Shown here: one piece after another, positions 49,101-62,732 of the stretch
How the letters are laid out: the number at the start of each line of letters is the position of its first letter
Numbering within the stretch: position 1 is the first letter of the stretch
DNA from: Paragordius varius
Taxonomy: Eukaryota; Animalia; Nematomorpha
DNA length: 64,000 bases
NCBI GenBank assembly: GCA_964247055.1
Contig: OZ176050.1
Location: 10,974,001-11,038,000 of the forward strand
Reading direction: 5' to 3'
Notes under the pieces: model-generated
The model's input: only the letters and a program-made list of their open reading frames with translations
What the model was told of the DNA's origin: nothing
The model's database searches: none
Made by a program: the position numbers and the translations under genes

Positions 49101-50021
49101 AAAATACCACCGGTAATCACTTGGAATAGATGAACAAAAAATGCTAAAATTAACTTGAACATCGACATTTCCTTTGAAGGGCCGCATAAAATTTGGTTTT
49201 AAGCTCAATCAAATCTTTAGCTATAATGTGTAGTCTTTGATCCATTGAATTTTTTTCGGTGGGTGAGCTGTCGCCATACACAATAGTGCTTTTGTTAACT
49301 TTTTCATAGTAGAATAATGGTGGAGGGAATTTGTTTAGAGGTGATGTATGAGATCGTTTTGATCGAATTATAGATGAGACATCGATTAACTCTGAATTTT
49401 GCACATTCTAAATACAAATTAAAAATTATATTATATTTACATTAACAAAACTAATTGAACAAATAGTTTCAAATAATTTCATGATAATACGTGTGAGAAT
49501 GGTCCATTTATCCAACCGGTTTTATCCCGAACCAGCGAATTCTTATTTGTTAGCAAATAATTCAATCCGTTTTCTTCTGCAATATTTAAGCTATGGATGA
49601 GAGACAAATAATGTTTTTCCAGTTCGATAACACGATTTCGTAGACCCAGAAATTGTGACATCTGAAATGTAACATATAAATTGAAAAATAATGTCAGTAT
49701 TATGATAAATAATCCACCACTCAAAGGAAGAATGTAGTTTAATTGCTTTGAAAAACATCTCTTTTCCTTGCGATTGTTAGTTAAAGTTGACTTGGTTAAT
49801 CTGGACATGACTTTAGCGGGTAATTTTGAATTTGGTAAGGAATTCCTACTATGTTGATTGCCTATCAAATATTGTTTGATAAGTTTTGTTAGACGTTTTG
49901 GTTTCTGCTGACTTTGATAAGCCTCGCTGTGGTCTATAAGCCTCACAAGAGCTGCTATTTCATTTTTTTCAGGTTGAAGTGGAGACATTTTTTTCGAATT
50001 CTCATTTAATGAATTTGTCAT
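41205..50021 (-). CDS. MACIT transmembrane collagen (collagen XIII/XXIII/XXV / COL-99 family), up to about 715 aa
   Basis: Exons: 49491-50021, 49155-49407, 47497-47618, [47149-47160], 46549-46593, 46338-46400, 46188-46244, 45930-46019, 45598-45633, 45070-45129, 44866-44982, 44502-44582, [44362-44373], 44155-44208, 44002-44091, 43861-43908, 43682-43732, 43321-43383, 42814-42876, 42686-42730, 42327-42386, 42061-42087, 41950-41985, 41824-41868, 41205-41291. Basic cytoplasmic N-terminus, one TM helix (YILPLSGGLFIIILTLFFNLYVTF), juxtamembrane coil (LRNRVIELE), furin site RSKR, a CRC motif, five Gly-X-Y segments and the family-diagnostic C-terminus GLDAPCEIGPDGLPLPHC. Bracketed microexons are tentative. 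Confidence 0.92.
41358..41566. mobile_element. TA-flanked MITE in the last collagen intron
   Basis: TACTGTACCCATTTTATTGTTGGCCAAT against the reverse complement of AATGGGCGACAATAAAATGGGTACTGTA. Confidence 0.65.
43797..43846. repeat. (AT)n microsatellite; similar tracts at about 17457-17488, 27133-27153, 45293-45315, 46119-46162, 54059-54079 and 60400-60432
   Basis: Direct reading of dinucleotide runs. Confidence 0.95.
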
Positions 50022-51664
50022 CTCGGTAACATGTCGAATAACTAATTATATTATCTATATAGTTCTTTTTGAGTTAATTGCAGATTAATGCAAAAATAAA
50101 ACTGATTGTCAAATTTTTCGTGATATGGGATTTGGCATCGCAATAACGAAATATACGAATTAGATGATAATCGAGACTAATATATTAATCAAATTTGAAT
50201 TCATAAAAATTTATGTTAAAAAAAATAAAAAGATAAAAAAAATTAACATCACATTCATTAGATAATAATTTATTGAAGGAAGAGGAGAGTTCTTATGTAA
50301 AAAAATGTAATAATAATTATATGGTGTAAATTTTACTAATGGTGTTTTGTCTTTACTCACTCAATAATTTTAAATAAACCACATCATCCTTTCTCTCTTT
50401 ACCATTCGCGGAATTCGATATAGAATTATTTGATAAAAAAATGTTGGTTCCTTAATATTTGTGAAAAAAATGGCTAAATTCTTTAAAATCCTATCCTATC
50501 CATGTTCCATTTGTTATATAAAATATATAAAAAAATCGAAATTATATTGTATATAGATTTTAAATATTAGAAAAATGCATTATATTTAATTCATTTTTAG
50601 CCAACGTGCTTACTTGACAAAATAATAGGAAAATAGGATTTATTTAACAACTTTTTGTTGTTTTAAAACTTATTTATCATGTATAAAACTTCTGCACACA
50701 CCTCAAGTAGTAAAGGTATTAATTTTTTACGTAATATCCAAATAGGCTAAAGAGATAACAAAAAATTTATGATAAAATGTATAAGAAGACTCTTGGTCGA
50801 TAAACTATCCTATCTTTCTCATATATTTATATATATAAAATATATAAATTACTCAGTCAATCAGTCAGTCACTTGAAAGAATATCAAATTACGTTAAAAT
50901 ATGTATATATATATACATACATCTCACTCTATTTACAAAATTAATTATCTATTATGTAAATTTGTGCATAAACAAAATTGTTAGTTTTTTATGAGAAACT
51001 TTATCTTACGTATAGATGACACGAAAAGCTGTATATTTATGGACAAGATTTATATTCTTTGGTATTTGTTTGCCTTTCAAAAAAATACTCAATTTTGAAC
51101 TTCATAGCAGCTAATGACAATTGAAATTAATGATGAAATATTAAAATTTAAGTAAAACCTTTTGCTATTATTATATAATCCACAATTAAAGGAGTTAGAG
51201 AATATTTACGAAAGTTCTTACAGAGGGCAAGTTTTTTGAGTTTCGTTTGTGTTGTTAACTCAAAAATTTTGGTTTTTATTCGCAAAAATTTTTTAGAACC
51301 AGTGTTATTTAGACGTTATACTTTATGAAATCGATATAATTTTTTTATTAAATAATATTTATTTAATAAAAATTAGTCAAGTACCACTGAATAGCCCCTT
51401 ATAATAAAAACATAGAAGTAAGATCTTGAAAAGTGGCAGTATAAGAAAAATTTTAAATAAACCTATACGAATATATACTATAGTATTTTTCTAAAATACT
51501 TTTTATCATCAAACATATGGTCATCAAATAATGTGCAAATTAGCACATAAGGCTGGAATATTAAAAATTAAACCATAATTTATTTAAATATAAATACATT
51601 ATTCATATTTAGGTTTATATAATAATAAAAACAATAATAAATAACCATCTTTTTGCCTACTTCA

Positions 51665-54600
51665 TTAAACATCTCTAAAATGAGTTTTGTTTTTTTGATT
51701 GTTTTGCTGTATAATCCGTTTTATTCCAATTTCTTTTAACCGATTCGTGGTACTTATCGAAGAATCTCTCTGTTTAACCTTCATCAGTTCTTCAGACACT
51801 AAGGCTAATCTAGGTATCTCAATTTCTAAAGATTTGCTAGTTTTTAATGTTGAACTGGTCGTACTGTTTGGTTTACTAATCGTTGGTTGACTACCTTTAT
51901 TGTTTGTGATCATATCAGTTGATATGGTTGAATTTACACTATTCAGTGTTAATTTACGAATAGTTTCGTCTGGTAAACTTTTGACAGATTTACATTTAGT
52001 AACGGCGGATGAATTGTATTCAAGATCTTTCTCAGTAAGTTTCTTAAAATCGTCGAATTCTGCCCAAGACATGTCGGAATTTGTGTACCCATGGATAATT
52101 TTGTTTTTACACTTCACAATCTCTTAATTTTTACATTAAAATAATTTATATGGTTATACATTTCACCAACCACATTAATTGCTTATAAATTTGTTTATAA
52201 TTTTACAGTAATAAAAATTATCGCTTTACAATATTTAGATATGAGTTGTTTGGCAAACTATTACCTAACAGCAAAAACCCATAATTGTTATGTTAAATAA
52301 AATTTTAAAAGGTGATTTTTTTAATATATAACAAATGGGTGCAAACTTTCATTCAGGGTATTTATTTCTTCCATTAGTTTGACAGATACGTTTTGAAGGG
52401 AGTTTGCCACGGAGTCGGCTTTATCTCTTTGCATGCAAATCTGCATTAGATCTGTATTTACAGTAGCGTATGGCATAAAACATTATTAGTCCATAAAAGA
52501 ATAAAAAAATGTTTTTTTAATTAGATTAAGTTTAGTTGTTTATGTACATATCCATAATATCCCCTTGTTTTTAAAAAAACCTTTTTTATTCTTTTATAGT
52601 CAAATAATGTTTTATACCATACACTACTGTTAAATATTAAATTTATTTTAATCTATATATTTATAGAAATGGAAAATGCTGGCTTTGTGATCTGTTTCCG
52701 GAAAACCGGTAGACCCATTCCAAATATCAAAAAAATATAATCATTAATGAAATAGCTTCGCCCTTTTTTTGAAATAGGCCCCCAGTTCGGGTCCACCCCG
52801 TGTGAAAAACGGTTTTTTTGAAAACAGAAGTCCACAAAAATCGTATCTTTGAGACAATTTTCCGGAGAACGTGTTGGACCATTCAATTTCAAATATGATT
52901 TTTGTTTACTTATTTTCGATTGCGCCGAACATAGTCAGCTCGCTTTTTTAATTTAGGCCCTCTTTTTACCCGCTCCTCCGTAAAATGCCATTTTTTTCAA
53001 AAAACAAAGTCCACAAAAATAATTTTTTTAATCTATTTTTCGCCCAAGGTATGAGACCGTAAAAATTCAATAAGGATTCCAGGTATTCCCTGTTAAAAGG
53101 CAAAAATTTTAGACAAGCGTTTCTTTGATGATAGCTGCTGGGTAAGAAGCTACCAGCGAAAAAGTGACCGGCATATCGAAATAGCCTGCTTTTGGGGCTA
53201 AATTTCAGCAAACCTATCAGGCCATATGAGTTCGATAGCTGCTTAAAGTATTACCCGTAAAAAATTTTATATCGTGCGGTTTTAAATTAGCTGTTAATCA
53301 AGCCATTCACGCCCTGAAGAATGCGCCACCATTGAATGATTTTTTAGGAATTTTTCTATGGAATCAATCAAGATATAGGTATTCTCCGAAGGGAAAAATA
53401 TTAATCAAGCGCTTTTTTTGTATCAGCTTCTAGGAAGGGAGCTACCCGCCAAAAACTGCGCCATTATATATTACGTTGTTTTGGAACTTTTATAAAGAAA
53501 ACTTATGCCATATGAGCTCATTTAAAGTTCGAATCCGTAACTAGGTAAAAATTAATGTCAGACCCTTTTTTTATTAGCCGTTTTAAGGCCTTTTATGCCC
53601 TAATACGCTATCATATAACGATTATTTAGTGTTGATTAATTTTTTCGAATAATCCATGATACGATGGTCTCAGCGCTTTCTCCATATAGGCCTATGGATA
53701 GGGGTCTACCGGTTAAAACTGAGATGCCATACAAAATTGGTGTGGCTTTGGAGATAATTTTCAAAAAACTTAAGTAGCCATACGAGTTCAATAAAAGCTT
53801 TAAATATTACGCATAAAAAGGTAAATATTATAGTATAGCCGTTATTTCCGTTAGGCGTCAATTTGGAGCCCTTACACCAGTAAACAATATATTAGTATGA
53901 ATGCAACATTTAGAAAATCCGAGATCATAGCTATTAAATAATGTTTCGAAATAATCCACATATATATGGATCATTTTATTGATCCCTTTTTTCAAATAGC
54001 CACCCCAGAAGTCCAAAGGACTTCCTCGGGCTGCGTAGCAGCACGAGATTTACGCTAGTATATATATATATATATATATAATATCGCAGACACATTTTTC
54101 GATTTAACTAATTGTATACCAATATTGAATACGTTTATGGCTTCCATCGCTTTGATTTTATCGTGAACCAGATCATTGTGATGATCCTTGAATCGTCCTT
54201 TTATTCGGTCAATAATATCCTAAAACAAATAAAAATGTGGACAATTAAACATCATAAAGCAAGTTTACAGTATATTAATATTCTGATTTGCAAGATATCG
54301 CAGAGTAGTCTCATCAGAAAACATAAAGACATGGCTGATTATTTTGCTTTCTAAAAAATTGGATTAAAATTAAAATTTTATTGTTTTAACAATATTTGTA
54401 ATTTTTAAATAATTAAAATACCAAATAGTTTTTTAATTGTTTTTTTCGGTTCAAAATAATGTAAATAATTTTATCCTCATTAATATGGATTTGATAATAA
54501 GGAATGCTTAATATTCATCATATTCAAAAATCGTTTTAAAAATGATGTAACACTTTTCAGTCCATTTTATCTTTGACTAAGCAATTTATATTTTTTGAAT

Positions 54601-57600
54601 TCTCATGAAGAACAAAATTATAATACCATACAATCAGCCTTGTTCCCTAAACCTTATTAGGACCATGTATTTTTTAGTTATATAGTTAAAAAGCAAAAAA
54701 AACTACAGGATATAGTTAAAATACAATAATTAGCCAATAAAAACGCGCGTTTTGCTACATTAGGTGGTATAAAAGTATTTGCACGGGAAATAGGCCACCG
54801 TTTAATTCATTACTAGAGCGGGTGTAAAACATAAATACATTATCATTAAATATCGGCATAATTTCAAGATTTTTATGTCTGAATTATGATTATTTTACTG
54901 ATAACTGCCACAGTCTAATTAATAGTAAGCAACTCTGAAATGTAAAATGCAAAACATCTGAATATCTTGCTGATTTATAGAACAATACTCATGATTAAAG
55001 TTGGACTTGGTACCGGTCAATATTAGCCGATGCGCGCTATTAAAGGTATTTGTAATAACGCCTAATGTAAACGAAGTTAACCGTTAAAATTGACTTTAAT
55101 AATGTCGAAATTGAATAAAATATTGAAAATTTGCTAAATTATAAATACTTTATAATTTTAAATATCACTAATTTGTAATAGTTTTTATCACGTTATAAAC
55201 ACATATGAAAAAGTTTTTATGGCGGTATAACTAATGATTGAACATAGCTGGTCTGACCAAACCCTACCCATAATAAATTTGTGATAATATGAACTACTAG
55301 CCTTATTAACGTATTTTTCCAATAATTTTTAGTAATATTTATAACTTTTTAGTTTAATAAAATAAAAACAATCTTATTTATAGTGTTTTTACCGTAAATT
55401 CTTTAATTCTCTTTTTCCAAGCATCATCTCTATCACGTAGAATATCCTTTAGTTTAGTAATTTCGAGTAACAATTGGTGTATGCGCTCGTTACGTTTACG
55501 TAATTGAATGTTAAATATTAGATATTCCGCTTTGGTCCAATTCGATCCATCTTTCAAGTTTTTCAATTCATTTTCAAGGTCAGTTTTATCTGCATATTAA
55601 TATATAGTATTATTTTAACTTATTTCATATTTGTTGATTAGGTTTTCAATCTGTAAAAATATTGGTATGATTGAGTAATTTTGGATTCGAATGGGAAAAT
55701 ATGTTTCCGAACTATCCTGGCCAGTGTTAGATAATGCTCATGTCTACCCTTTGGAATTAGACTTTTTAAAATAAAATCACTTTCGAATCGGTTATTATAC
55801 ATTAAATATTTGTTCACAATATTTTTTATATAAATGATTATAATTTTCTATATTAAACCTGTAATATTTATTGTGATACATTATAATTTTCGAAATTTAA
55901 AAGAATGTGCAAATCAAAAATAAGATAAATATTAAAAGAAAATGAAGTAAAATTAAAAAAATCGGATATCTTATATTATATGGGATGTGTCAAGTTTAGG
56001 ATCTAGTGTAACTTAACAGCTTTCAGAATCCGAATTTATTCGGCACGTTTCATAGAAGGAAAACAAAAAGATTTTGAGAAGTAAGTTAGTTTTAAATATT
56101 GTTTGTTTAAATTATTAGTATAAACCAAATACCTAAAACTTTTCAACAATAATAAAATACATAAATTCATAAGCTTCAATTAATTTATAAATAGTGTTTT
56201 TATACATTCCAGCATGCTTAAAAACATCATATAATATTCGTTAACAAAATTTTGCTAAAAAATTAATTTTAAGCAAAGTATGCATTTTTATAACTTTTTG
56301 ACTTAATACAGAAAATATAAATGAATTTAACGTTTAGGTGCGCGGCTTGGTATAAAGCAATTTCACATATTTTTTTTATTTAGCATAAAATGAGCCAATT
56401 TATCGATTTTCAGGTCTGGCGCAAATACCAAAAAAATGGAATCAATTTTCTAAAATACTCGTAAGACCAAAAAAGCGTATATTGGCTGAATTATTCGATC
56501 GGAAATATGCATATCATATTTTTATGTACATGTTTAATATTTCTTCCGTAAAATAAACAATATCATTTCATGAAAGATTTCGTTTCGTTAATAAATGATT
56601 ACTAGTCTCTAAGTTCCTGTGTTTGATTTCAAGGACAGTGTACATGTCTTTTAATTCTTTGTTCTCTTGTTGGAGGTGAGCATTGGCCACAGATAACTTG
56701 TATATATCACGGCTACATAAATTCATCTCATGGTACAAAGACTAAATATTATAAAATATACAATGTTAAAAATGAAATAAAAAAATTATTATTTACATTT
56801 TCAAAGAATATAATCCATCGCTATTTGGAGACCATCCCGTCAGTCCTGGGATGATACAAGTTAAGTGCTTCCAATATTAAATATAAAAGAAAAAAAGATA
56901 CTTAAACTATAAATCTTTTATTTTATAAGTTAGTTTCAAATTATTTAATTAAATAATATTTCATAATTTCATGCTTTTAAATTGAACCCTATAAGCTAAA
57001 CCATTATTAAAATTCGTGAATTCATAAAAAGTTTAACCACCAAAAATATGTTAAATAGTATTCTAAAGTTTGAGTATTTGTACTTATGATTTGAAAATGT
57101 CGGAATAAATTGGGGAAATATATATATCTTTTGATTTATTGATTTAACATTATTAAGTTTTATTATAAACCTATTTATTTTTTATAATATTGAAAAATGT
57201 TCTTGTTATCCTCATTCTTCTCGTAAATCAACGGCTGATTTTTTGACAAGTTTAAATAAAAATGTAAAAGTTAATAATTTAATTTTATAAAGACAGCTAA
57301 ATTTATGCCAAATTTAACAAAACCTCAAGAAAATTTTAAAATTCTGTATAATTTATGGGCTTTAGTTACATGTTTTACATTATACATATTATTATTATAT
57401 TTAAGCGTATTCTATATTTTTAAAAATATTTAAATTAATAACAAGCTGAAAAATAACTGATCCATAAAATAAATATGCATATTTTTACACTCAATTTTAG
57501 AAAATAACTTATATTTTACATACCTTTTTTATTTATTCCCTTTCAATAAAAATTAGTCTTCCTCATTTGATTTTTCATTTCTCAATACAATTTATTTTGT

Positions 57601-57932
57601 GAAGAAGGAAATTGATTTAATTAAGGATATAAATATCCATATTTTAATACGCCTGCGCAGATCCGAAATATAAAAATTGTTTTTAATTTTTTTTGACATT
57701 CGCTTTTTAGTCATAATTAATAATATTATTTTGCTATCTCTCCACTTTAGAATTACATATTTATTCGACAAAATATTTTGGCTACGTATTAAAGTGTTTA
57801 AAAAGCTTTAATAATATAATATATAAAACTTAACTGCCATCTCCTTATCTTTGTATTCCATAACTTTTTCTAATGTTGCTAAATCCGTGGCCAATGAATT
57901 TCGTGCTCTGGGCTCATCCAAGGCATCATAAA
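51665..57932 (-). CDS. Uncharacterised coiled-coil protein with Ser/Thr/Lys-rich tail (5' end not resolved)
   Basis: Phase-consistent exons 57835-57932, 56603-56741, 55393-55589, 54133-54219, 52347-52440 and 51665-52122 give ...YDALDEPRARNSLATDLATLEKVMEYKDKEMA SLYHEMNL...LQQENKELK...WKKRIKEFT DIIDRIK... ICMQRDKADSVANSLQ... plus a low-complexity last exon. Possible upstream exons at 60101-60156 and about 60320-60350. Family not recognised. Confidence 0.72.
52652..54058 (+). mobile_element. Non-autonomous Helitron, copy D (longest with both canonical ends, 1407 bp)
   Basis: A|TCTATATATTTATAGAAATGG...CTCGGGCTGC-GTA-GCAGCACGAG-ATTTACG-CTAG|T followed by (TA)n; lies in an intron of the coiled-coil gene. 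Confidence 0.88.
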
Positions 57933-58329
57933 CTATATATTAATTAAATACACATAAGGTTTGCACCATGCGTTCAAAAATTATTAATTATCTATTTTCT
58001 AACAATATTTATGATATTAGGCTTATTTTCAATTTAAATTAAATGTTTCCATTGATTGTCCTGAAAAAAATGTTACATACAAAAATATCAATATTCATAA
58101 GTTTTTTTTATTATTTGGTTAGTATCTTTTCAATTTCGCTATAAAATATTTATTATGCCACTCGGATGTTTTTTGTCTAAATGAGATTTTTTTCCTGTAG
58201 TGTCCCAATTACATAAAATATTTTATAAAACTTTTTGACTGGTCATGGATTAGGCAGCTTTTTGCGCAAAATACAGGAAAATTAATTTTTTTTTAATTTA
58301 TCTACCAATAATCGCAAACATAACTTATT

Positions 58330-58560
58330 CCAAAATAAATTTTTAGAATGAGTAAACGAGGAAGAAATAATTATTTTTATACTTTTGGTCAGCAATATTT
58401 TTCTGTAATGATGTGTGGTGGTTTTTGCAAAATCCAGAGACGATCTACAGCAAGCACAATTGGAAATTGCATTCCACCACACAGTAAACATGGTTTTCGA
58501 TGTTGATGTCTCACATTCAAAAACAGTTAAAATACATTAAAATCCTACTAAAAAACATTA
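58330..58560 (+). mobile_element. Decayed LINE reverse-transcriptase remnant
   Basis: Frameshifted FCNDV/VVFAKSRDDLQQA...SHSKTVK resembles the YADD-containing RT region (ADDxVLFAxSxxxLQ...KTK). Confidence 0.5.
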
Positions 58561-58699
58561 ATCTTTATATTGTTAAAAATAGTATATTGATTTTGATTGT
58601 TAGATTCATTTCATTGTTGAATCATATATAAGGTTTATTAGCGATACATGATGATTTGCATTCTAATTAACATGATGCCATTACAAGGTAAAACCGGAT

Positions 58700-58880
58700 T
58701 TTTATACAATGGTCTACCACGTTATTCAGGAGCCTTATTCCTAGTACAAAAGGTTGATACATATTTATAAATATGTAAGTATTTTAAATTTAAAAGGACT
58801 ACCCAAACAACGTTGTGTCGAATGTAAGAATAACAATGTAATTTCCGATTTCATTTTAACCAAAAAAACATGTTGATCAA
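58700..58880 (+). mobile_element. Possible piggyBac-like C-terminal remnant
   Basis: Broken frames give SLIPSTK and KGLPKQRCVECK, reminiscent of the piggyBac cysteine-rich tail; the match is short. Confidence 0.3.
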
Positions 58881-60394
58881 CTATTCCAAACAGGTTTAAT
58901 CATTTTGCTAAACATTTTTTAGCTTATATTTTTATTATATCATACTCCTACATTCAAAACGGTTATATCATTTTGTTTATATAGCATTTAATTTATGGGT
59001 TTAATTTTAATTTTTTTATCCACGAATTTGAGGATTTGGCATAAATTATACAATAAAAAGATCTTATGTTTTAATCACAATTTTCCTTATAATCAAAAAT
59101 TATTAATTTCCCCTGTTTAATTTGTTAATAAAGTGATATGTTTAAATTCAATTGGATCAAGGTGATACGGTTGAATTACTTTATTATATATTTGTCATTT
59201 CCAATGATTCACATATTAATGATTAAAATGGCAAATACAGTTATTTTTAATTTTGTACATTAGCATGACTTTATAGTTTTCGAATACGAACTTATAATGA
59301 GGAAAATATTGGTGATTAGGATTGAACATGTAATTCTAAGAATCGTATTATTGGAGAAACTTACTAGAATTCAAAACCCAAATTGGGGTTACACGCCATA
59401 ATTTTTTAAATACGAATCAAAATGGCTACTCTGTATATCAATAGATAAGAAAACACATAATTTATCAGTGTTTTAAATAGGTTCAAAATTTTTAAAGTAA
59501 AGCGCCAAAAATGCAAAATCAAAAATTAAATTTCCTAAATTTCTTCTAAGTGTGTTTAAAACATGAAGGATTTATTAAAGAATCAGTTCAAAAACGCTTA
59601 GATTTTGCACACTATTTATATAAGAAACATGTGATTACCTCAGTACCTGAGATAAAACAAAAAATATATGTTTATTCAGGCACTATACAATTTGTGTTAT
59701 AATTTTAAAGCTTATTTTAAGATTTTACTATCAATGAAAAATGACTAGTGTGAGGTTAAATATATATCTTTTGTATGGATAGCACAATCGATTTTATTTG
59801 TTTTTCTCATGAATTAGAATTCCTTAAAGTTTGCTTGAACACGAACACAACCTCATAAATAAAAACATAATCAAAATTAAAAATAAACTAAATCATTTAT
59901 AACTTATTGTCCGCGATAATCTTAACACGTTGAAATTATTACAACAACAAAAACGCTCTTAATTTAAGTTTATTTGTGAATTCTAATATGTTTGTCCCTT
60001 TTATTTTTCCAAATAAAGGGCAAAAATTTTCCTATTTTATGGCTACGATAATTAGCCTTCTATCGTATTTTTGGCTTTTTTCAAATATGGCATTTCAAAC
60101 TTTTTTCGGATGGTCCATCAACTCTTTCCATATAAATTTGTCTCCCAGACGTACAGCTTAACATTAATATAATCAATTTTACCAAGAAATACACCAAATT
60201 TGAAAATAATTTAATATATTGCCATAAGCATATTTATTTTAATAAATGAATATTAGAATCGAATTTCATTAAAGATAATAAAAAATTAAGGCATAGGATT
60301 GGCATCATATAATCCATAACACCAATCGGTATGAAGGATTTCCGGTATATAACTAAATGTTAAATATTATAAATGCGTATGAAATATCCTAATA

Positions 60395-60435
<41 letters not shown>

Positions 60436-60999
60436 GTATTAGGAATATGGTGCTTTTGGGTTTGAGACTTATGAGTGTTTTAAGGTAATTTTGTTCTATA
60501 TTAAAAAAATCGCAAGATTAACGCACATTATGCTAAGTAAATTTTTTTAGTCAAATATAAAAATATCATAAATAACTTAAAAAACAAGAAATATTTATCT
60601 AAATATATATTTAAATGTGGCTCCAACAGTCTTAGATTTTTGGTTCTAAAATGGTCTAATCTTAAAATATGAACTCATTGCTTGGATCGGTAATAATATA
60701 TGCTAATTATATTATAATAAAGTTTTTGAAAAAATGCATATTTTTTTATAAATTATTTTAACAAAATTATTGAACCGTATTTTGTTTTTTTTAGAAGGAA
60801 GCGAAACGGTATAAAAAGAATTAAAGTTTAAATACTCTTTATTTATAATATAATGTTTATCATTTCTATCGCCTCTAAACTTTAATTAAAAGATTTGTTT
60901 ATTTCAAATATAAGTTGCATATAAGTGTTTGTAACAAAAAATCAAAATATTTTAAGACATCGTTTTATTAATTCTGAGGTGACAGAAATGTTTAGGGTC

Positions 61000-61001
<2 letters not shown>

Positions 61002-61072
<71 letters not shown>
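61002..61072. repeat. (TA)n microsatellite, about 35 units
   Basis: Direct reading. Confidence 0.95.
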
Positions 61073-61076
<4 letters not shown>

Positions 61077-61989
61077 AAGTTTTTTTGAAAACAGTCTTAC
61101 TGTGCTTCATATTATAAATCAACAAAATTTGTTAAATTATAAACAAATTATGCATTTTTTCAATAACATTTTTTTGATTTTATAATCAAGCCTAAATAAA
61201 AAGTTTTATCACCGTTCTCGGCATTTTTCGCTTCATTCTTAATAAAACTAGCCCTAAGAGGAAACCAAAACAAAAACCTATATAAAATTAATTATAATGT
61301 TGTGCTTATCAAATATAGTCTGATGTATTTTAGAAGCATTTAGCCTTCGTCAAAAGAAAATTATTTAGCATAATGTGGGTAAAATTTTCAGGTTTTTGGA
61401 TATACATCAATTACAAAAGTGGAAATATTTTTAAATCACTCTATGGCTAAATCAAAAGCACCATAACAATGATACCATTTCATCAGGATTTTTTATAATC
61501 CGATTTTACACTTTAAGAAATAAATCCTGTTATTTATAGAAAATGATGCCCTCTTTAGTTAGATTTTTAGTTGTGTGTTTTAGTTTAGACCTCAAAAATA
61601 TCATTTTTTTATATTCAAAACCTATATTTGGGAATTTGTTATTTAGACAACTGAGTGTACATTAGCTATAAAAATGCAAAATAAGCCACTCTTTCTGTTT
61701 ATATTGATGCTAGATGTGATTTTAACACTTAATTACATTTTCAATTTATTGTCCTAGTTGATATATTGAGGTAATTTTATATCCTAAGCTCATTGCAAAT
61801 AAACTACAGTTTTAAAAGTTATTTTGGTTAAAATTTAATTATCAAACTCTCATGGATAAGATAAAAACTTGTATTTAAACCGTTTTCTAAGTGCTAGAGT
61901 CTAATAGAAACACACCCAAAATTGATTGATATCAAGTTTTTTCTAGTAAAACTTTTTAAATATAATTTTTTACATTTTCTATTAACCTT

Positions 61990-62100
61990 TCATCAACTGT
62001 TGAGAGTAACACAGGATCGCCTAAAATGGAGAACACTAATCTATGAGAAAGCCAGAGTCAGTATACTAGCTTATAACAACACACATCCATAACATACATT
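61990..62100 (+). mobile_element. 5'-truncated RTE LINE 3' end
   Basis: HQLLRVTQDRLKWRTLIYEKARVS resembles the RTE C-terminal DRxxWR motif; followed by an (ACA/ACAT)-like tail. Confidence 0.5.
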
Positions 62101-62732
62101 TTGCCGGTTGAATTAGCGATTTTAAAAAAATATTGAAAAAATGGCGGCCAAAAAGTTTGAGATGAGGATTATTTTATTTTAAATTTTTATAAAAAAATTA
62201 ACAATTTTTTTTTTCATGAGATGCTTAACCAGCGAATTTATTATTTGGCGACGACCTAGTTTTTGGAATATTTAGAGATAATCGAAATTGGGCAAAAAGT
62301 GAAAACTAAGTATATTTAGGTTTATTTTTTCATGCATGAAACCATGTGATTGAAAGCGGCAAGATATTCAAGATAGTATTATTTTATTATATACTATAAA
62401 TATATTTAAAAATATGTTTCCTTTTAGTAATTATTAATCTTTTTCTTTGTTTAGTAGAGTTTTTATTTTATTTGTATGCTAAGTATGTAATTTAAAGAGT
62501 AACATAATTCTTAAGTCATCAAAAATCATTGTTATACAGATCTCTTTTTTTTTCTCTACTCCTTGGTGCCTAACTATTTTATTTTTACTAGCCTAGCCAT
62601 AATTTCTTTATATTTTTCTTTTATGATTGCCAGACAGAGTAAAATATCAATATTTATAATTTATCCAAATTAACAACATTTATAAAGATTACTCTTTAAT
62701 TTTAATTATTCTAGATATTTATTTTTTGTAAA

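Noticed and set aside
54270-54350. Exon-like segment SKIISHVFMFSDETTLRYLA on the minus strand
   Set aside because: Its phases do not fit between exons 55393-55589 and 54133-54219, which join directly; it may be a TE remnant.
60925-61185. ORFs containing IYIYIY runs (also 17406-17630, and the tail of 47389-47598)
   Set aside because: Artefacts of (TA)n microsatellites or intron read-through.
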